Shown here piece by piece: positions 63,908-64,000 of a stretch of DNA of 64,000 nt. The notes beneath the pieces are model-generated. The model did not search any database, was not told the DNA's origin, and saw only the letters and a list, made by a program, of their open reading frames with translations. Made by a program: the position numbers and the translations under genes. Numbering within the stretch: position 1 is the stretch's first letter; the number at the start of each line of letters is the position of its first letter. Origin of the DNA: a virus; IMG/VR virus record IMGVR_UViG_3300035666_000002, one strand, 5' to 3'.

Positions 63908-64000
63908 TACGAAGATATCCAAAGGGAAGACTAAAGCGGAATTCGAGATAATCCAAATCGTCACCTACACCACTTTCATTCATGATCCACTGTATAGCGG

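Noticed and set aside
1-64000. Stop-codon reassignment, as seen in some large phages
   Set aside because: Conserved genes are full length in the standard code, TAG and TGA end real genes, and there is no CUA, UCA or UUA suppressor anticodon.

Overview
A 64-kb segment of a large, AT-rich, T4-like myovirus genome in the standard genetic code. The likely host is a betaproteobacterium, inferred from the tmRNA tag ANEERFALAA, a Bug/TctC-type binding protein and a DUF3563-like ORF. Layout: (1-24.2 kb) baseplate/tail module with a DUF4815/VrlC-like protein, gp8, gp7, gp6, gp25, a split gp5, hub, gp53, gp48, gp4, gp2, gp54, gp26, gp51 and a tape-measure-like protein with a lysozyme domain. (24.2-29 kb) gp32, a HAD nucleotidase, gp59, gp33, dsbA, an AAA ATPase, a cell-wall hydrolase and a circularly permuted tmRNA. 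(29-35 kb) an AT-rich accessory island with three PP-loop (SGGxDS) proteins, a Bug protein, a Rieske oxygenase and a 2OG-Fe(II) oxygenase. (35-44.6 kb) exonuclease, PhoH, DenV-like, ClpP, GalE, GT2 and RNase H. (44.6-48 kb) a + strand cassette of exported/membrane proteins. (48-52.6 kb) an array of 27 tRNAs covering all 20 amino acids, interspersed with stem-bounded ncRNA candidates, an HNH gene, a DUF3445-like gene and a YkuK-like gene. (52.8-64 kb) many small early genes behind sigma70-like promoters sharing a TGTTG-N8-CAACA palindrome. The standout observation is at 52587-52819, at the head of the tRNA array: a promoter, an apparently leaderless 38-codon peptide containing all 20 amino acids, mutually exclusive antiterminator/terminator hairpins and a boxA. 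This is the architecture of a ribosome-stalling attenuator that could switch on the phage tRNA operon when almost any host tRNA becomes limiting. All calls come from reading the sequence and recalled family motifs; no database search was run.
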